In this document: one piece after another, positions 21,224-31,131 of the stretch
How positions within the stretch are numbered: the stretch's first letter is position 1
How the letters are laid out: each line of letters starts with the position of its first letter
DNA from: Dehalococcoidia bacterium
GTDB lineage: Bacteria; Chloroflexota; Dehalococcoidia; Lucifugimonadales; JADFKI01
Direction of reading: 5' to 3'
Length of the DNA stretch: 64,000 nucleotides
NCBI GenBank assembly: GCA_965214635.1
Contig: OZ243964.1
Span: forward strand, 1,939,696 to 2,003,695
The notes under the pieces: model-generated
Database searches by the model: none
Seen by the model: only the letters and a program-made list of their open reading frames with translations
Told to the model about the DNA's origin: nothing
Translations under genes and position numbers: made by a program

Positions 21224-21727
21224 TTGGCAATGAACCTGTATGTGCTCAGGCACGGATTAGCGGGCAGTTGGGACAGCCGCCGGTATCCGGATGACACCTT
21301 GCGCCCCCTTACCCGCAAGGGAACGGACAGGATGTGGCGCGCGGCTGAGGGTATGAGTGCGCTTGGCATCCGCCCGGAGCTGATAATCAGCAGCCCACTG
21401 CTTCGCGCTGTGCAGACGGCGGACATAGTGCGGCGCGGGCTGGGCATGCCTGCTGAGCGAATGATAAACTCGGCGGCGCTAGTGCCTTCGGCGCACCCGT
21501 TGCAGATGCTGGATGCGCTGGCTGAGAACCACGCATCTGAAACAAGCGTGATGGTAGTCGGGCACGAACCACACATGAGCAGCCTCGTGTCCTTCGTAAT
21601 GACCGGGCGCACACAGCCGATAATCAACTTCAAGAAGGGTGCGCTCTGCAACCTGAGGCTGGATCCTTCGGGGCGCGGTCGGCTGCTGTGGTCGCTGACG
21701 CAGCGCCAGCTGATGAAGTTGGCATAA
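21224..21727 (+). CDS. sixA: phosphohistidine phosphatase SixA
   Basis: LYVLRHGLA..RPLTRKG..VVGHEPHMS histidine-phosphatase motifs. 167 aa. TTG 21224 is 7 nt after GGAGG. Confidence 0.8.
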   Translation: MAMNLYVLRHGLAGSWDSRRYPDDTLRPLTRKGTDRMWRAAEGMSALGIRPELIISSPLLRAVQTADIVRRGLGMPAERMINSAALVPSAHPLQMLDALAENHASETSVMVVGHEPHMSSLVSFVMTGRTQPIINFKKGALCNLRLDPSGRGRLLWSLTQRQLMKLA

Positions 21728-21860
21728 GCCCTTGATAGGTGGCTGAACTTTCCAACTTTCCTTTTTCCTTAATCCACAAACATCCACAAAGCCCTATGAT
21801 GCCCATTTGCTGGTAATATAGATGTGTGCTACCGGCTGCCACTAATAAGGAGGTGCGGAT

Positions 21861-22220
21861 ATGGCGGAACAAACTCCCGCGTATGCGGTTCGGAGCTACA
21901 GCACGGGCACGCGCGGACGGGCGATATGCAATGCGCGCAACCACCACTGGGTCGCCGACGATTCTGGCGGTGAGGAGATTGGTGCAGGCGAACTCTTCCT
22001 GTCGGGCATATCGGCGTGCGCGGTGAACATGGTCGAGCGCCTTGCTGATGAAGGCGAAATCCCGCTGGACTGGATGGATGTGAGCGTGGAGGCGTATCGC
22101 GACATGGACGCTGCGCCCGCAGAGCGCACGCTCTATGAAGACATTCGCATCCACTTCCAAATGTGGGGAGTGTCGGATGCGGACGGCGAGCAGCTGGTAG
22201 ACACATGGAAACGCCGCTGA
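21861..22220 (+). CDS. OsmC/Ohr-family protein
   Basis: 119 aa. AAGGAGG RBS. GAGELFLSGISACAVNMV resembles the OsmC conserved Cys block. Confidence 0.65.
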   Translation: MAEQTPAYAVRSYSTGTRGRAICNARNHHWVADDSGGEEIGAGELFLSGISACAVNMVERLADEGEIPLDWMDVSVEAYRDMDAAPAERTLYEDIRIHFQMWGVSDADGEQLVDTWKRR

Positions 22221-22458
22221 CCGCTGTACGGCACGGTTGCAGTTGCAACCCCGAACACCTCGGTTACGGCAGAGTTCTCTGCAGACCCCCACAGCAGATG
22301 AGCCGATTGCGGCGCACATCTTTGCGGACCGACACTGAAAATACTGAGAAGATTACAAGAGCCGTTTCCCCACTTTCGAGAGAAGGTTAGACAGGGAAGA
22401 TTTAGGAAGCCGTACTCATCGGCTGCGAACACAAAAATCTATGGTGAGGTGAAATCAG

Positions 22459-23205
22459 ATGGTTATGTTCACGAACGAAGATGTGAAGACGCTAGTGCGC
22501 GAGCGGTATGCAAAGGTGGCAAAGCGCGCCGACGATGGCGGCACCGACGAGTGCTGTGGCACGCCCACGCAGCTCTACGCCGTCGATGACATTGCAGGGC
22601 TGCCGGATGAGGCGCTTGTGGCGTCCGCTGGCTGCGGCAACCCCACCGCCATTGGCAGCCTTGCCCATGGCGAAACGGTGGTGGACTTTGGCAGCGGTGG
22701 CGGCATCGACTGCTTCATCGCCGCCAAAGCGGTGGGCGAAAGCGGCAATGTCATCGGCGTGGACATGACGCCCGATATGGTCGACCTTGCGCGGCGCAAC
22801 GCCGCCAATCTCGGCGTGTCCAATGTGGTGTTCCACCTCACCGAGATGGAGAACACGCCCATAGACGCCGCATCGGTGGATGTCATAATCTCCAACTGCG
22901 TCATCAACCTTGCGCCCGACAAAGACGCCGTGTTCCGCGAGGCGGTGCGCATCCTCAAGCCCGGCGGCAGGATGTTCATATCAGACATGCTGCTGACCGC
23001 TCCGCTGCCCGCCCACGCCACCGCCGACGCGGAAAACTGGGTGGCGTGCCTGTCCGGCGCAGAGCCGCAGGATGTGTATCTTGGCAGAATGCGCACCGCA
23101 GGCCTAGAACGCATCGAGATAGTGGACGACAAGCCTTGGGATGGCGCGGAGGAATGGGCGTCGCGTGTCCACAGCATGAACATCAAGGCGTACAAGCCCG
23201 CATAG
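22459..23205 (+). CDS. SAM-dependent methyltransferase, arsenite methyltransferase (ArsM)-like
   Basis: VRERYAKVA..DECCG..SAGCGNP..VVDFGSGGGIDCF (SAM motif I)..ISNCVINL..VACLSG. This is the ArsM-like layout, including the Cys positions. Confidence 0.7.
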   Translation: MVMFTNEDVKTLVRERYAKVAKRADDGGTDECCGTPTQLYAVDDIAGLPDEALVASAGCGNPTAIGSLAHGETVVDFGSGGGIDCFIAAKAVGESGNVIGVDMTPDMVDLARRNAANLGVSNVVFHLTEMENTPIDAASVDVIISNCVINLAPDKDAVFREAVRILKPGGRMFISDMLLTAPLPAHATADAENWVACLSGAEPQDVYLGRMRTAGLERIEIVDDKPWDGAEEWASRVHSMNIKAYKPA

Positions 23206-23253
23206 CGCATAGCACTTGCCCCGTTACTCATAATTACCCATTAGGATAAAAAC

Positions 23254-23293
23254 CCGCCCATGCTGAACAACTCTCAGCATGGGCGGATTTTTT
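23254..23293 (+). terminator. rho-independent terminator after the arsM-like gene
   Basis: CCGCCCATGCTGA (23254-23266) pairs perfectly with TCAGCATGGGCGG (23274-23286), followed by TTTTTT (23288-23293). Confidence 0.85.
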
Positions 23294-23555
23294 GTCCTCT
23301 GCGCCACATCGTACGGGTTCAATGCACCTGTGCCGATAGCGCCTGCCTGTTCTGAACGCATTGGTTTGGCATTTGCCTAATTCTTTTCTTAAAAATAGCC
23401 CAAAAAACGCTTTATTGCGCTGAAAACAGCGTGCTAACCTTCCCTGCATAGCGTTAATGGGCAATTTGGCATCGCAGGCGCATAAGGCGCAGCCGTATTG
23501 GAGACGGGATGTCCCAACGGACTGACAAGGCTGACAAGCGACTTGGGTCTGCCCA

Positions 23556-24158
23556 TTGACACTGCGAATTACGGGCGGCAGCCACCGCGGACGCAGGCTG
23601 CGGCTGCCGCAAAGCCCGGATTTGCGCCCCACATCGGACAGAGTTCGCAGCGCAATCTTCTCTATTTTGGGTGCGGATGCGGTGCAGGAGGCACGAGTGT
23701 TGGACTTGTACGCAGGGACGGGAGCACTTGGTATTGAGGCGCTCAGCCGTGGTGCTCGGGGCGCAGACTTCGTCGAAGTTGACCCGCGCCGCTGCCGCCG
23801 AATTGCTGATACGCTCGATACGCTGGGGGTTTCAGAGCGGTGTGCCGTCCATACTGGCAGGGTGGAGCGTAGGCTGGCATCCCTGCCCGGCAGCTACGGG
23901 CTGGTGTTCGCCGACCCGCCATACGCCGCGTTTGATGCCGACCGCTGGCAAAGCCTGATGGCTATGCTGAGCGACGGACGGCTGCTTGCGGATGACGCCG
24001 TTGTGGTTGCTGAGCACCATCGCGACACTGCGCCGATGGACGCATACGATGGCGATGGGCGCAGGCTTACCCTGCGGACGCGGCGGCGATACGGTGATAC
24101 GGCGATTTCTATCTATGACCTCGAAGCGAAGTGCGAAATCGGAGTGAGCAATGGCTAG
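23556..24158 (+). CDS. rsmD: 16S rRNA (guanine966-N2)-methyltransferase
   Basis: RITGGSHRGRRLRLPQSPDLRPTSDRVRSAIFSIL, LDLYAGTGALGIEALSRGA, FADPPY. TTG start at 23556. Confidence 0.85.
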   Translation: MTLRITGGSHRGRRLRLPQSPDLRPTSDRVRSAIFSILGADAVQEARVLDLYAGTGALGIEALSRGARGADFVEVDPRRCRRIADTLDTLGVSERCAVHTGRVERRLASLPGSYGLVFADPPYAAFDADRWQSLMAMLSDGRLLADDAVVVAEHHRDTAPMDAYDGDGRRLTLRTRRRYGDTAISIYDLEAKCEIGVSNG

Positions 24159-24636
24159 GGCGTTGTATCCGGGCAGCTTTGACCCCGTTCACAACGGGCA
24201 TGTGGACATAGCGACACGGGCGTCTCGCCTGTTCGACGAACTCATCATCGGGGTGTACGACACGCCGCCCAAGACCCTGATGTTCACCACCGAAGAGCGT
24301 GTGGACATGTTCAAGCAGTCCATACCGCAGCTGACGAATGTCAAGGTCGTCCCGTTCGTGGGACTCGCGCCGATGGTCGCCCGCAGCGTGGACGCCGAGT
24401 TCATCATACGGGGCTTGCGCGCAGGCTTCGACTTTGAAACGGAGTTTGAGATGGCACTTATGTGGCGCAATGTGGCGCCGGACATAGATGTGGTGTGCCT
24501 GATGAGCGCGCTTGACTACCAGTTCGTCTATTCCAGCCGCATCAAAGAGGTGGCGACGCTCGGGGGCAAGATTGACAACCTAGTTCCCGCTCCCGTGCTG
24601 ACAGCGCTAGACAAGCGGCTTGGTACAAGCGAATAA
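24151..24636 (+). CDS. coaD: phosphopantetheine adenylyltransferase
   Basis: ALYPGSFDPVHNGHVDI. 161 aa. Overlaps rsmD by 8 nt, the conserved rsmD-coaD pair. Confidence 0.95.
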   Translation: MARALYPGSFDPVHNGHVDIATRASRLFDELIIGVYDTPPKTLMFTTEERVDMFKQSIPQLTNVKVVPFVGLAPMVARSVDAEFIIRGLRAGFDFETEFEMALMWRNVAPDIDVVCLMSALDYQFVYSSRIKEVATLGGKIDNLVPAPVLTALDKRLGTSE

Positions 24637-24747
24637 GGACACTTCGTTGCCTATTTTATGTGCATAACCTTAACTACGGAAATCAAGAAATCGACTGAAA
24701 CCGGCGCTTTTACGCCGGAAATCTAATACAAACACAGGGGAGGAGCA

Positions 24748-25383
24748 ATGCAGACTAGGCAAATTGCTAATGATCTGAGAGCCTTGGCGACCAACGGCAC
24801 GCGTGTGCCGGGCTTCCGTGGCAAGGTGATGGTGGAAGTGGACAGCCTCATCTCGCTGAGCGAAACGCTCGGGCGAATGCCAGCCTCCGACGACTCACAA
24901 GAGGCGTCTGAGGTCATCAGAATGAAGGAAAGCATCATCAACCAAGCCTACCTAGAGGCGAAGCGCATCCGCAGCGTCGCCGAAACCGAAGCCACCCAGC
25001 TCACCACGCAGGCAAAGGTGGAGTACGAGGACAAGGTCGGCGATTCGTCCGTGCTTCGGCGCGCCGAAGAGATGGCGCAACAGATGCAGGAGCAGGCGGG
25101 ATACGAATCCCAGCAAATCCTGCAAGACGCACAGCGCAAGGCGTATCGCATCATGAGCGAAGCCGAAAACGCAGCCGTTGCCCGACGCGACGGCGCAGAC
25201 GGCTATGCGCGCGAAGTGCTCTTCAATCTAGAAGAGCAGCTCGCCGATGTGCTCGGACAGGTGCGGCGTGGCATCGATGCGCTCAACCTCGAGGTTGAAA
25301 CCAACAAGCGCCAAATCCAGCAGAGCGGCGGCGCCGGGAACGGCGTTGCGAACGGCGCTCAGGCTACTGGCAGCCCACGCTAG
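24748..25383 (+). CDS. coiled-coil protein of unknown function
   Basis: 211 aa. GGGGAGGAG RBS. Long Glu/Gln/Ala/Arg-rich helical region. I recognise no catalytic motif. Confidence 0.45.
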   Translation: MQTRQIANDLRALATNGTRVPGFRGKVMVEVDSLISLSETLGRMPASDDSQEASEVIRMKESIINQAYLEAKRIRSVAETEATQLTTQAKVEYEDKVGDSSVLRRAEEMAQQMQEQAGYESQQILQDAQRKAYRIMSEAENAAVARRDGADGYAREVLFNLEEQLADVLGQVRRGIDALNLEVETNKRQIQQSGGAGNGVANGAQATGSPR

Positions 25384-25432
25384 GGCGTAGCACGCACATG
25401 CGACCAGCATCAACCGCCCCTCATATGCGAGC

Positions 25433-26503
25433 CTATCGTGTGTGCAGGGGCGTCGTATGTTTCGTGCGGCGCGCGTGGATTGCGTTGACGATGAGGAATG
25501 TTACGCCGCCGAGCGCGATGACGCTGAAGTAGGTGATGGAGCGGTCCACTAGCGCCACTGCCACGGCGTCATGCCGCTCCATCGTCAGCAGAAGCAATCC
25601 GATGATGCCCGGCTCCACGAAACCCACCCCGCCCGGCAACGGCGCCGTGCTCAGCAGCGCAGCAACCAGCGCCGCAATGATTATGAGCGACGGGGGCGCA
25701 TCCAATCCCAGCGCAAGCACCACCAAGTACAGCCGCGCTATCTCCAGCAGCCACCCGGTGATGCCCAGCAGGAACACCATCGGCAGCTGCTTCATGCTGC
25801 CCAAAGTGCCGCTGTGAAAGCGATGGTACTCCGCCTCTAATCGGCGCGGCAAGAAGCGGGCTAGGCGCGCGCCGAACAGTTTCATCGCCAGCGGGATGCA
25901 CAGCGCACCGACCACCAGCATCACGACCGACACGCGCACCACCGTCGATGGCAGCTCAAGCACGCCGGTCGTGGACAAGTATATCGCTGCGCCGACGGCA
26001 AAAAGTATCAGCATTGCCGCCACATCTAGCACGCGCTCTGCGACCACCGTCCCGAGACTCCAAGAGAAGTTGCCGCCGCTAGTGCGCGAAAACAGATAGG
26101 CGCGATAGCCATCGCCCAGCCGCAGCCAAGTGATGGAGTTGACGAACCAGCCGACGAGGATGTATGCGCCGGCTGTTAGTCCGGAGGGCAGGCGCGCATT
26201 TGGCAGGGCGTCCAAATCCCCCGTGTTGCGCGCAAGCATACGCCACCGCTGCCCCCGTACCACGAAGCTGGCGTAGTACAGCACAAACCCCAGCGCATAC
26301 AGCCACGGGTTCATCTGCAGAATGTTCACGAGCGTGGCGTTCCAATCCACGCTGAAGCGCGTAACGAGGAAGTACACGAACGCCGCTAGTATGGCTGCGA
26401 GCAGCAGTGTCGGCAGCGACAGGATGCGGCGACTGAGCTGCGCCGTGCCCGTTGCTTGTGTGTCCGGGGCGGATGTCCGCTCCCGCGACCTAAGAAATTT
26501 CAT
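25433..26503 (-). CDS. UPF0104 / lysylphosphatidylglycerol-synthase-TM-region-like membrane protein
   Basis: 356 aa. About 8 TM segments and a positively charged N-terminus. The layout resembles flippase-like domain proteins. Confidence 0.65.
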   Translation of the reverse strand: MKFLRSRERTSAPDTQATGTAQLSRRILSLPTLLLAAILAAFVYFLVTRFSVDWNATLVNILQMNPWLYALGFVLYYASFVVRGQRWRMLARNTGDLDALPNARLPSGLTAGAYILVGWFVNSITWLRLGDGYRAYLFSRTSGGNFSWSLGTVVAERVLDVAAMLILFAVGAAIYLSTTGVLELPSTVVRVSVVMLVVGALCIPLAMKLFGARLARFLPRRLEAEYHRFHSGTLGSMKQLPMVFLLGITGWLLEIARLYLVVLALGLDAPPSLIIIAALVAALLSTAPLPGGVGFVEPGIIGLLLLTMERHDAVAVALVDRSITYFSVIALGGVTFLIVNAIHARRTKHTTPLHTR

Positions 26504-26519
26504 GTTCAGTAGTCAGCTA

Positions 26520-27239
26520 TCAGGTTGTGAGCGGTCTCTTTGCGGGCATACCCGGGCGGCGCGGGAACTGCGGCGGCGTTGGGTGTGTCTTCTCCAGCGC
26601 CAACAGCGCCCTGCCATCGCCTAGATGCGGAAGGGAGAGCGGTATCAGCGGCAACGCCCGTCCGCCGAATGTGGCAATGGCGTCTTGCGCCCGCCGCAAC
26701 TCTGCGCTAATGTCTGTTGTCTTCTGCATAACCACAGTGCCGCCGATGCGCGCAAACGGCAGCGTGAGTTCGGCTAGAACCGCGATGGGGGCAACGGCGC
26801 GTGCCGCCACTATGTCGAAGCGCTCGCGCAGCTCGGCGTCGTGGGCGAGCGTCTCTGCCCTGCCGGTCAGCGTTCGCACATTGGTCAGCCCCAGCTCAGC
26901 GCACACATGCGACAGGAAAGCCGTCTTCTTTGCGGTGGCGTCCAGCAGTGTTACGCGCAGCCCCGGATACGCTAGCCGCAGCGGTATGCCCGGGAAGCCG
27001 CCGCCGCTGCCCACATCCAGCAGTGCGCCGCCGTTCAGCAGCGATGGCGCGATTGCCGTCGCCACCGTCAGCGAATCGACGAAGTGCAGCGTCTGCGCTG
27101 CGCGCCAATCGGTGATGGCGGTCAGGTTGATGCGCCGATTCCACGCGGTTAGCTCGGTGTAGTATCGGCGAAATTGGCGCAGCTGCTCGGCGTTCAGATC
27201 GATGCCCAGCGCCGATGCGCCCTCCCGTAGCAGCACCAT
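26520..27239 (-). CDS. rsmG: 16S rRNA (guanine527-N7)-methyltransferase
   Basis: LNAEQLRQFRRYYTELTAWNRRINLTAI, LLDVGSGGGFPGIPL. The ORF opens at 27395, but ATG 27239 gives a family-typical 239 aa. Confidence 0.85.
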   Translation of the reverse strand: MVLLREGASALGIDLNAEQLRQFRRYYTELTAWNRRINLTAITDWRAAQTLHFVDSLTVATAIAPSLLNGGALLDVGSGGGFPGIPLRLAYPGLRVTLLDATAKKTAFLSHVCAELGLTNVRTLTGRAETLAHDAELRERFDIVAARAVAPIAVLAELTLPFARIGGTVVMQKTTDISAELRRAQDAIATFGGRALPLIPLSLPHLGDGRALLALEKTHPTPPQFPRRPGMPAKRPLTT

Positions 27240-27515
27240 GTCGTCGGATGCGCCGTCATGCGCCGTCGCCGAGTGCTGCCCCTCCTTAAGCGTGATTGTG
27301 TGGACTCCTAGTGTGGTTATCGGGTTGTAAGTCATATATATGCTGCAATTGGCAAGCCGTTTTGCTGCCACGCACAGACGCATCTGCGCGGTCAATTATA
27401 TCACCGATGCGTCGAGCGTTTTAGGGACGCAGGCGCGGCGTCGGGGATGTCTGCGCGCCAGTGGAAACAGGTTCGCAAGGCGGCGGGAACATCGCTTCGG
27501 TGTTACATACTCCGC

Positions 27516-29078
27516 TTACACACCCGTCCGTATGAAGTCCGCTATGCGCTCACCGATGAGCATCGCCGTGTTGTTCGTGTTGGCGCGCACGCAGTCGGGC
27601 ATTACGGAGGCATCCGCCACGCGCAGTCCGTCGATGCCGTGCACGCGCCCGTACTGGTCCACCACCGTCGTTGGGTCGTCGGGAGACCCCATGCGGCAGG
27701 TGCTGGTAAGATGGTTGCCGGTTACCACCTCGCGGCGCAGCCACTCGTCCAACGCATCGTCGGTCTCTACATCGGCGGGCAGCGGTGATGTGAGTTCCTC
27801 TATGATGTCCGCAAACTCTGAGTGGCTTGCAATCTCGATTGCCTTGTGAACGCCTTCGCGCCCGCGTGCGAGGTCGAACGGGTGGGTCATCAGGCGCAGG
27901 TCGATGAAGGGCTGCTCATGTGGCTCGGCGGAGCGCAGCGTGATTTCGCCCTTGCTCATGGCGAGGTATATGGACGCGACAAAGCGTATCCCCACGGGCG
28001 ACATGCGCTCCCCGCCCTTCTCCACGCGGTCAGTGGCGTATGAGAATGGCCATAGCAGCATATCGTCGCGCAGGGCAGAGCCGCTCGCCGTGTAGCGCAG
28101 CCCCACCTGCATCCGCGGCGCAAGCCCGTCCAGCGGATAGCCGGGCTTCGTCTTGAATGTGATGAAAATCAGCGGATGGTCGCTCAGGTTCTTGCCCACT
28201 GCGGGCAGATCGTGCGTCAGCGGCACGCCTATATCCGCAAGATGCGCCGCCGGCCCCACGCCGCTCAGCAGCAGGATGTGTGGGTTGCCGACGGTGCCGG
28301 CGCAGAGCACAATTTGCTCCGCTTCCACCGTGAAGCGTTCGCCGCCGCTCTCCACATCCACGCCTGCTGCCCGTATGCGTCCACCCGCTCGCTCGAACAG
28401 CAGGCGGTGCACGGTGCAGTTGGCTCGTATGGTCAGGTTGAGGCGGTGGCGCGCCTCGCTGAGATGCCCCAGCGCCGTGCTGATGCGGATGCCGTTGGGG
28501 TTGTTGAACGCCAGCGCCCCGATGCCGGTTGCGTCCGGGTTATTGATGTCCGCCATTGGTGGGTGGCCCGCGTCTATGCAGGCTTGATAGAACGCCGTCT
28601 GCGGACGCAGCCACTCTTCGCGCTTGAAGCGGTGCGCAGCGATGGGGCCGTCGCTGCCGTGAAAGTCGTCCTGTATGTCCAAGTCGGTCTCTAGCTTCCG
28701 CAGGAAGGGTAGGGATTTGGAGTAGCTCCACGCATCGTTGCCCCATTCAACCCAGCGGTCGAAGTCCTCCGGCAGCGCGCGCATAAACACCTGTCCGTTG
28801 ATGGCGCTGGTGCCGCCGGTAACCTTACCGCGCGCCACGAGCATATCGCCCGCCGCGTCGTTGCCCCAACCGGTGAACATCCAGTTGTGCTCGTCGCTCA
28901 CGGTAACATCGGTGGCGGTGGCGTAGCCGTACTTCAGCTCATCTGGCAGCCGCTCGAAGTCGGGGTAGTCCGGCCCCGCCTCCAGCAGTAGCACCGAGCG
29001 CTCGGCATCCTCCGAGAGCCGCGCCGCTGCCACACCCCCGCCCGAGCCTGCGCCTATGACGATTGCATCGTACTTCAA
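27516..29078 (-). CDS. GMC-family FAD oxidoreductase, paralog 2
   Basis: MKYDAIVIGAGSGGG..LLLEAGPDY. Colinear with the 2097-3644 protein, sharing blocks RHRLNLTIR, GVDVESGGERF, VVDQYGRVHG, MPDCVRAN and IGERIADF. TTG start is 5 nt after AGGAGGG. Confidence 0.9.
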   Translation of the reverse strand: MKYDAIVIGAGSGGGVAAARLSEDAERSVLLLEAGPDYPDFERLPDELKYGYATATDVTVSDEHNWMFTGWGNDAAGDMLVARGKVTGGTSAINGQVFMRALPEDFDRWVEWGNDAWSYSKSLPFLRKLETDLDIQDDFHGSDGPIAAHRFKREEWLRPQTAFYQACIDAGHPPMADINNPDATGIGALAFNNPNGIRISTALGHLSEARHRLNLTIRANCTVHRLLFERAGGRIRAAGVDVESGGERFTVEAEQIVLCAGTVGNPHILLLSGVGPAAHLADIGVPLTHDLPAVGKNLSDHPLIFITFKTKPGYPLDGLAPRMQVGLRYTASGSALRDDMLLWPFSYATDRVEKGGERMSPVGIRFVASIYLAMSKGEITLRSAEPHEQPFIDLRLMTHPFDLARGREGVHKAIEIASHSEFADIIEELTSPLPADVETDDALDEWLRREVVTGNHLTSTCRMGSPDDPTTVVDQYGRVHGIDGLRVADASVMPDCVRANTNNTAMLIGERIADFIRTGV

Positions 29079-29450
29079 GACATCCCTCCTAGAAAGCCTA
29101 ATAAGCTGGTCGTTTCTCTGGTTCGCAGTAGGGTTGTGGATGTTGTAGTTAGTTATCGTGATAAGCGTAATGGCGGGAATGAAACACTGCCGTTGACGCT
29201 ACTATACGCCTGATTTGCCGCAAGTCAATGCGGAAATACGGAAGCGCTATCCGCACTTATCATCGGCGAGCAGAATCGCAATCCCCACACAATGAGCGGG
29301 CTAACGGCGCTGGCGGTTTTCGTGTGAATATGACTGCCAAGCGGCGGTATAAAATGTCCCGACACGGCGTTCTGTGATATTCTTGGTGGAGGCGTTTGCG
29401 ATGCTGCGAACCCCTGCCGTTCCAGACTATAGACCTGCTAGGATGAGGCG

Positions 29451-30119
29451 ATGTCATTCACACGAGAACTCCGCGCCCGCAATTCCGTTCTTTGGGAGCT
29501 GATGGTTACACATCCGTTCGTGGAAGAGATGGGCGACGGCGTCCTGCCATCGGAGAAGTTTCGGCGCTATTTTCTGCAAGATTATGTGTTCGTGAACGAC
29601 CTCGTGGCATTGCTTGCGTTCGGTGCGGCGAAGGCGCCCACGATAGAGCAGGGCTATCCGCTGGTGAAGTTTCTTGAGGCGCTGGGGCCGGAGAACGACC
29701 TGTTCCTTCGCGCATTCGCCGAACTCGGCGCATCGGAGGCGGAGTACTCCATGGCGAGCGCATCGCCGACCACGCAGGCTTTCGGCGACTTCATCGTGCG
29801 GACGGCGCTGCAGGGCGGTTTCATCGACATCCTGACCATCCTGTATGTAACCGAAGGGACATACCTCGATTGGGGCAGCCGCCTGCTCGCCGAAGGACGC
29901 CGCCCCGATGCGCCCGCCATCTATGGCGAGTGGATAGACCTGCATAGCCTCGCCGTACTCGGCGAAATTGTGGCGTGGCTCGCCGACCAGATAGACGCCT
30001 ACGCCACCGACGCTTCGCCTGCGCGCCTTGCCGAGCTAGATCGCATATTCCTCACCGCACTGCGCTACGAATACCGCTTTTGGGAAGCCGCCTATCACGG
30101 CGAGGAATGGGATTTCTGA
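29451..30119 (+). CDS. tenA: TenA-family aminopyrimidine aminohydrolase (thiaminase II)
   Basis: THPFVEEMGDGVLPSEKFRRYFLQDYVFV and C-terminal ALRYEYRFWEAAY are typical TenA blocks. Confidence 0.85.
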   Translation: MSFTRELRARNSVLWELMVTHPFVEEMGDGVLPSEKFRRYFLQDYVFVNDLVALLAFGAAKAPTIEQGYPLVKFLEALGPENDLFLRAFAELGASEAEYSMASASPTTQAFGDFIVRTALQGGFIDILTILYVTEGTYLDWGSRLLAEGRRPDAPAIYGEWIDLHSLAVLGEIVAWLADQIDAYATDASPARLAELDRIFLTALRYEYRFWEAAYHGEEWDF

Positions 30120-30225
30120 GCTGACAGGAACTACGGCGTGGGTATGGCTAGGATATGGAGCGCTTGCCGGCAACTGACAACAGGGACGACTGAAAACCTA
30201 CACATGAAAGCATTAGGAAAGGCGT

Positions 30226-31047
30226 ATGAACGGCATCAGAAAGGCATTGACGATTGCAGGCTCGGATTCGGGCGGGGGCGCAGGTGTGCAGGCAGACCTG
30301 AAGGCGTTTGCGGCGAACGGAGTGCACGGCACATCTGCTATCAGCGCAATCACGGCGCAGAACACCCTGCGCATTACCGATGCGCTGGCGCTGCCCTCCG
30401 CGCTTGTGGCAAGCCAGATAGACGCTATCATGGAGGACATCGGCACCCATGCCGTCAAGACCGGCATGCTGCCCAACGCCGCCATCATCAACACCGTGGC
30501 GCAGAAGGTCAGCGAGCATAGCCTGTCCACGCTGGTGGTGGATCCGGTGATGGTAACGAGCATGGGTGACCTCCTGCTGGAGAGCGACGCCGTGGACACC
30601 ATGCTGGGCGCGCTGATACCGCTCGCCACCATTGTTACGCCGAACATGCGCGAAGCCGCCGTGCTGTGCGACATGCCCATCGTTACGCTCGACGACATGC
30701 GCCGTGCCGCAAAGATGCTCTACGAATCCACAGGCGCACGCGCTGCACTGGTCAAGGGCGGACACTACGACGGCCCCGCAACCGATGTGCTCTATGACGG
30801 CAGCGGGTTCACCGAGTTCACAGAGCAGCGCATCGACACGATCAACACCCACGGCACGGGCTGCACGCTTGCATCGTCCATCGCCGCCAACCTCGCCAAG
30901 GGGATGGAACTGCACGATGCGGTGGCGCGCGCCAAGTCATATGTTACCGCCGCTATACGCCACGCCGCACCCATCGGCGCAGGGCACGGCCCGCTGAACC
31001 ACTTCTACATGCTCGGCGATGCGGTCGATACGGAGGGCGGGGCATAG
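30226..31047 (+). CDS. thiD: hydroxymethylpyrimidine/phosphomethylpyrimidine kinase
   Basis: [41 protein letters not shown]. Confidence 0.92.
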   Translation: MNGIRKALTIAGSDSGGGAGVQADLKAFAANGVHGTSAISAITAQNTLRITDALALPSALVASQIDAIMEDIGTHAVKTGMLPNAAIINTVAQKVSEHSLSTLVVDPVMVTSMGDLLLESDAVDTMLGALIPLATIVTPNMREAAVLCDMPIVTLDDMRRAAKMLYESTGARAALVKGGHYDGPATDVLYDGSGFTEFTEQRIDTINTHGTGCTLASSIAANLAKGMELHDAVARAKSYVTAAIRHAAPIGAGHGPLNHFYMLGDAVDTEGGA

Positions 31048-31131
31048 GCGCGCTTGGCTTGCGAATGTGCATATGCGCAAGCACAACGGGGTTGGACGAA
31101 AGCAGAAGTAGCAGAGTACTGAGGATGCGAA

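Noticed and set aside
29079-29450. TPP (THI-box) riboswitch expected upstream of tenA-thiD. The 30120-30225 gap was also checked.
   Set aside because: I find no CUGAGA core and no ACCUGAUCUGGAUAAUGCCAGCG-like element on the plus strand. A cmsearch with RF00059 would be the decisive test.
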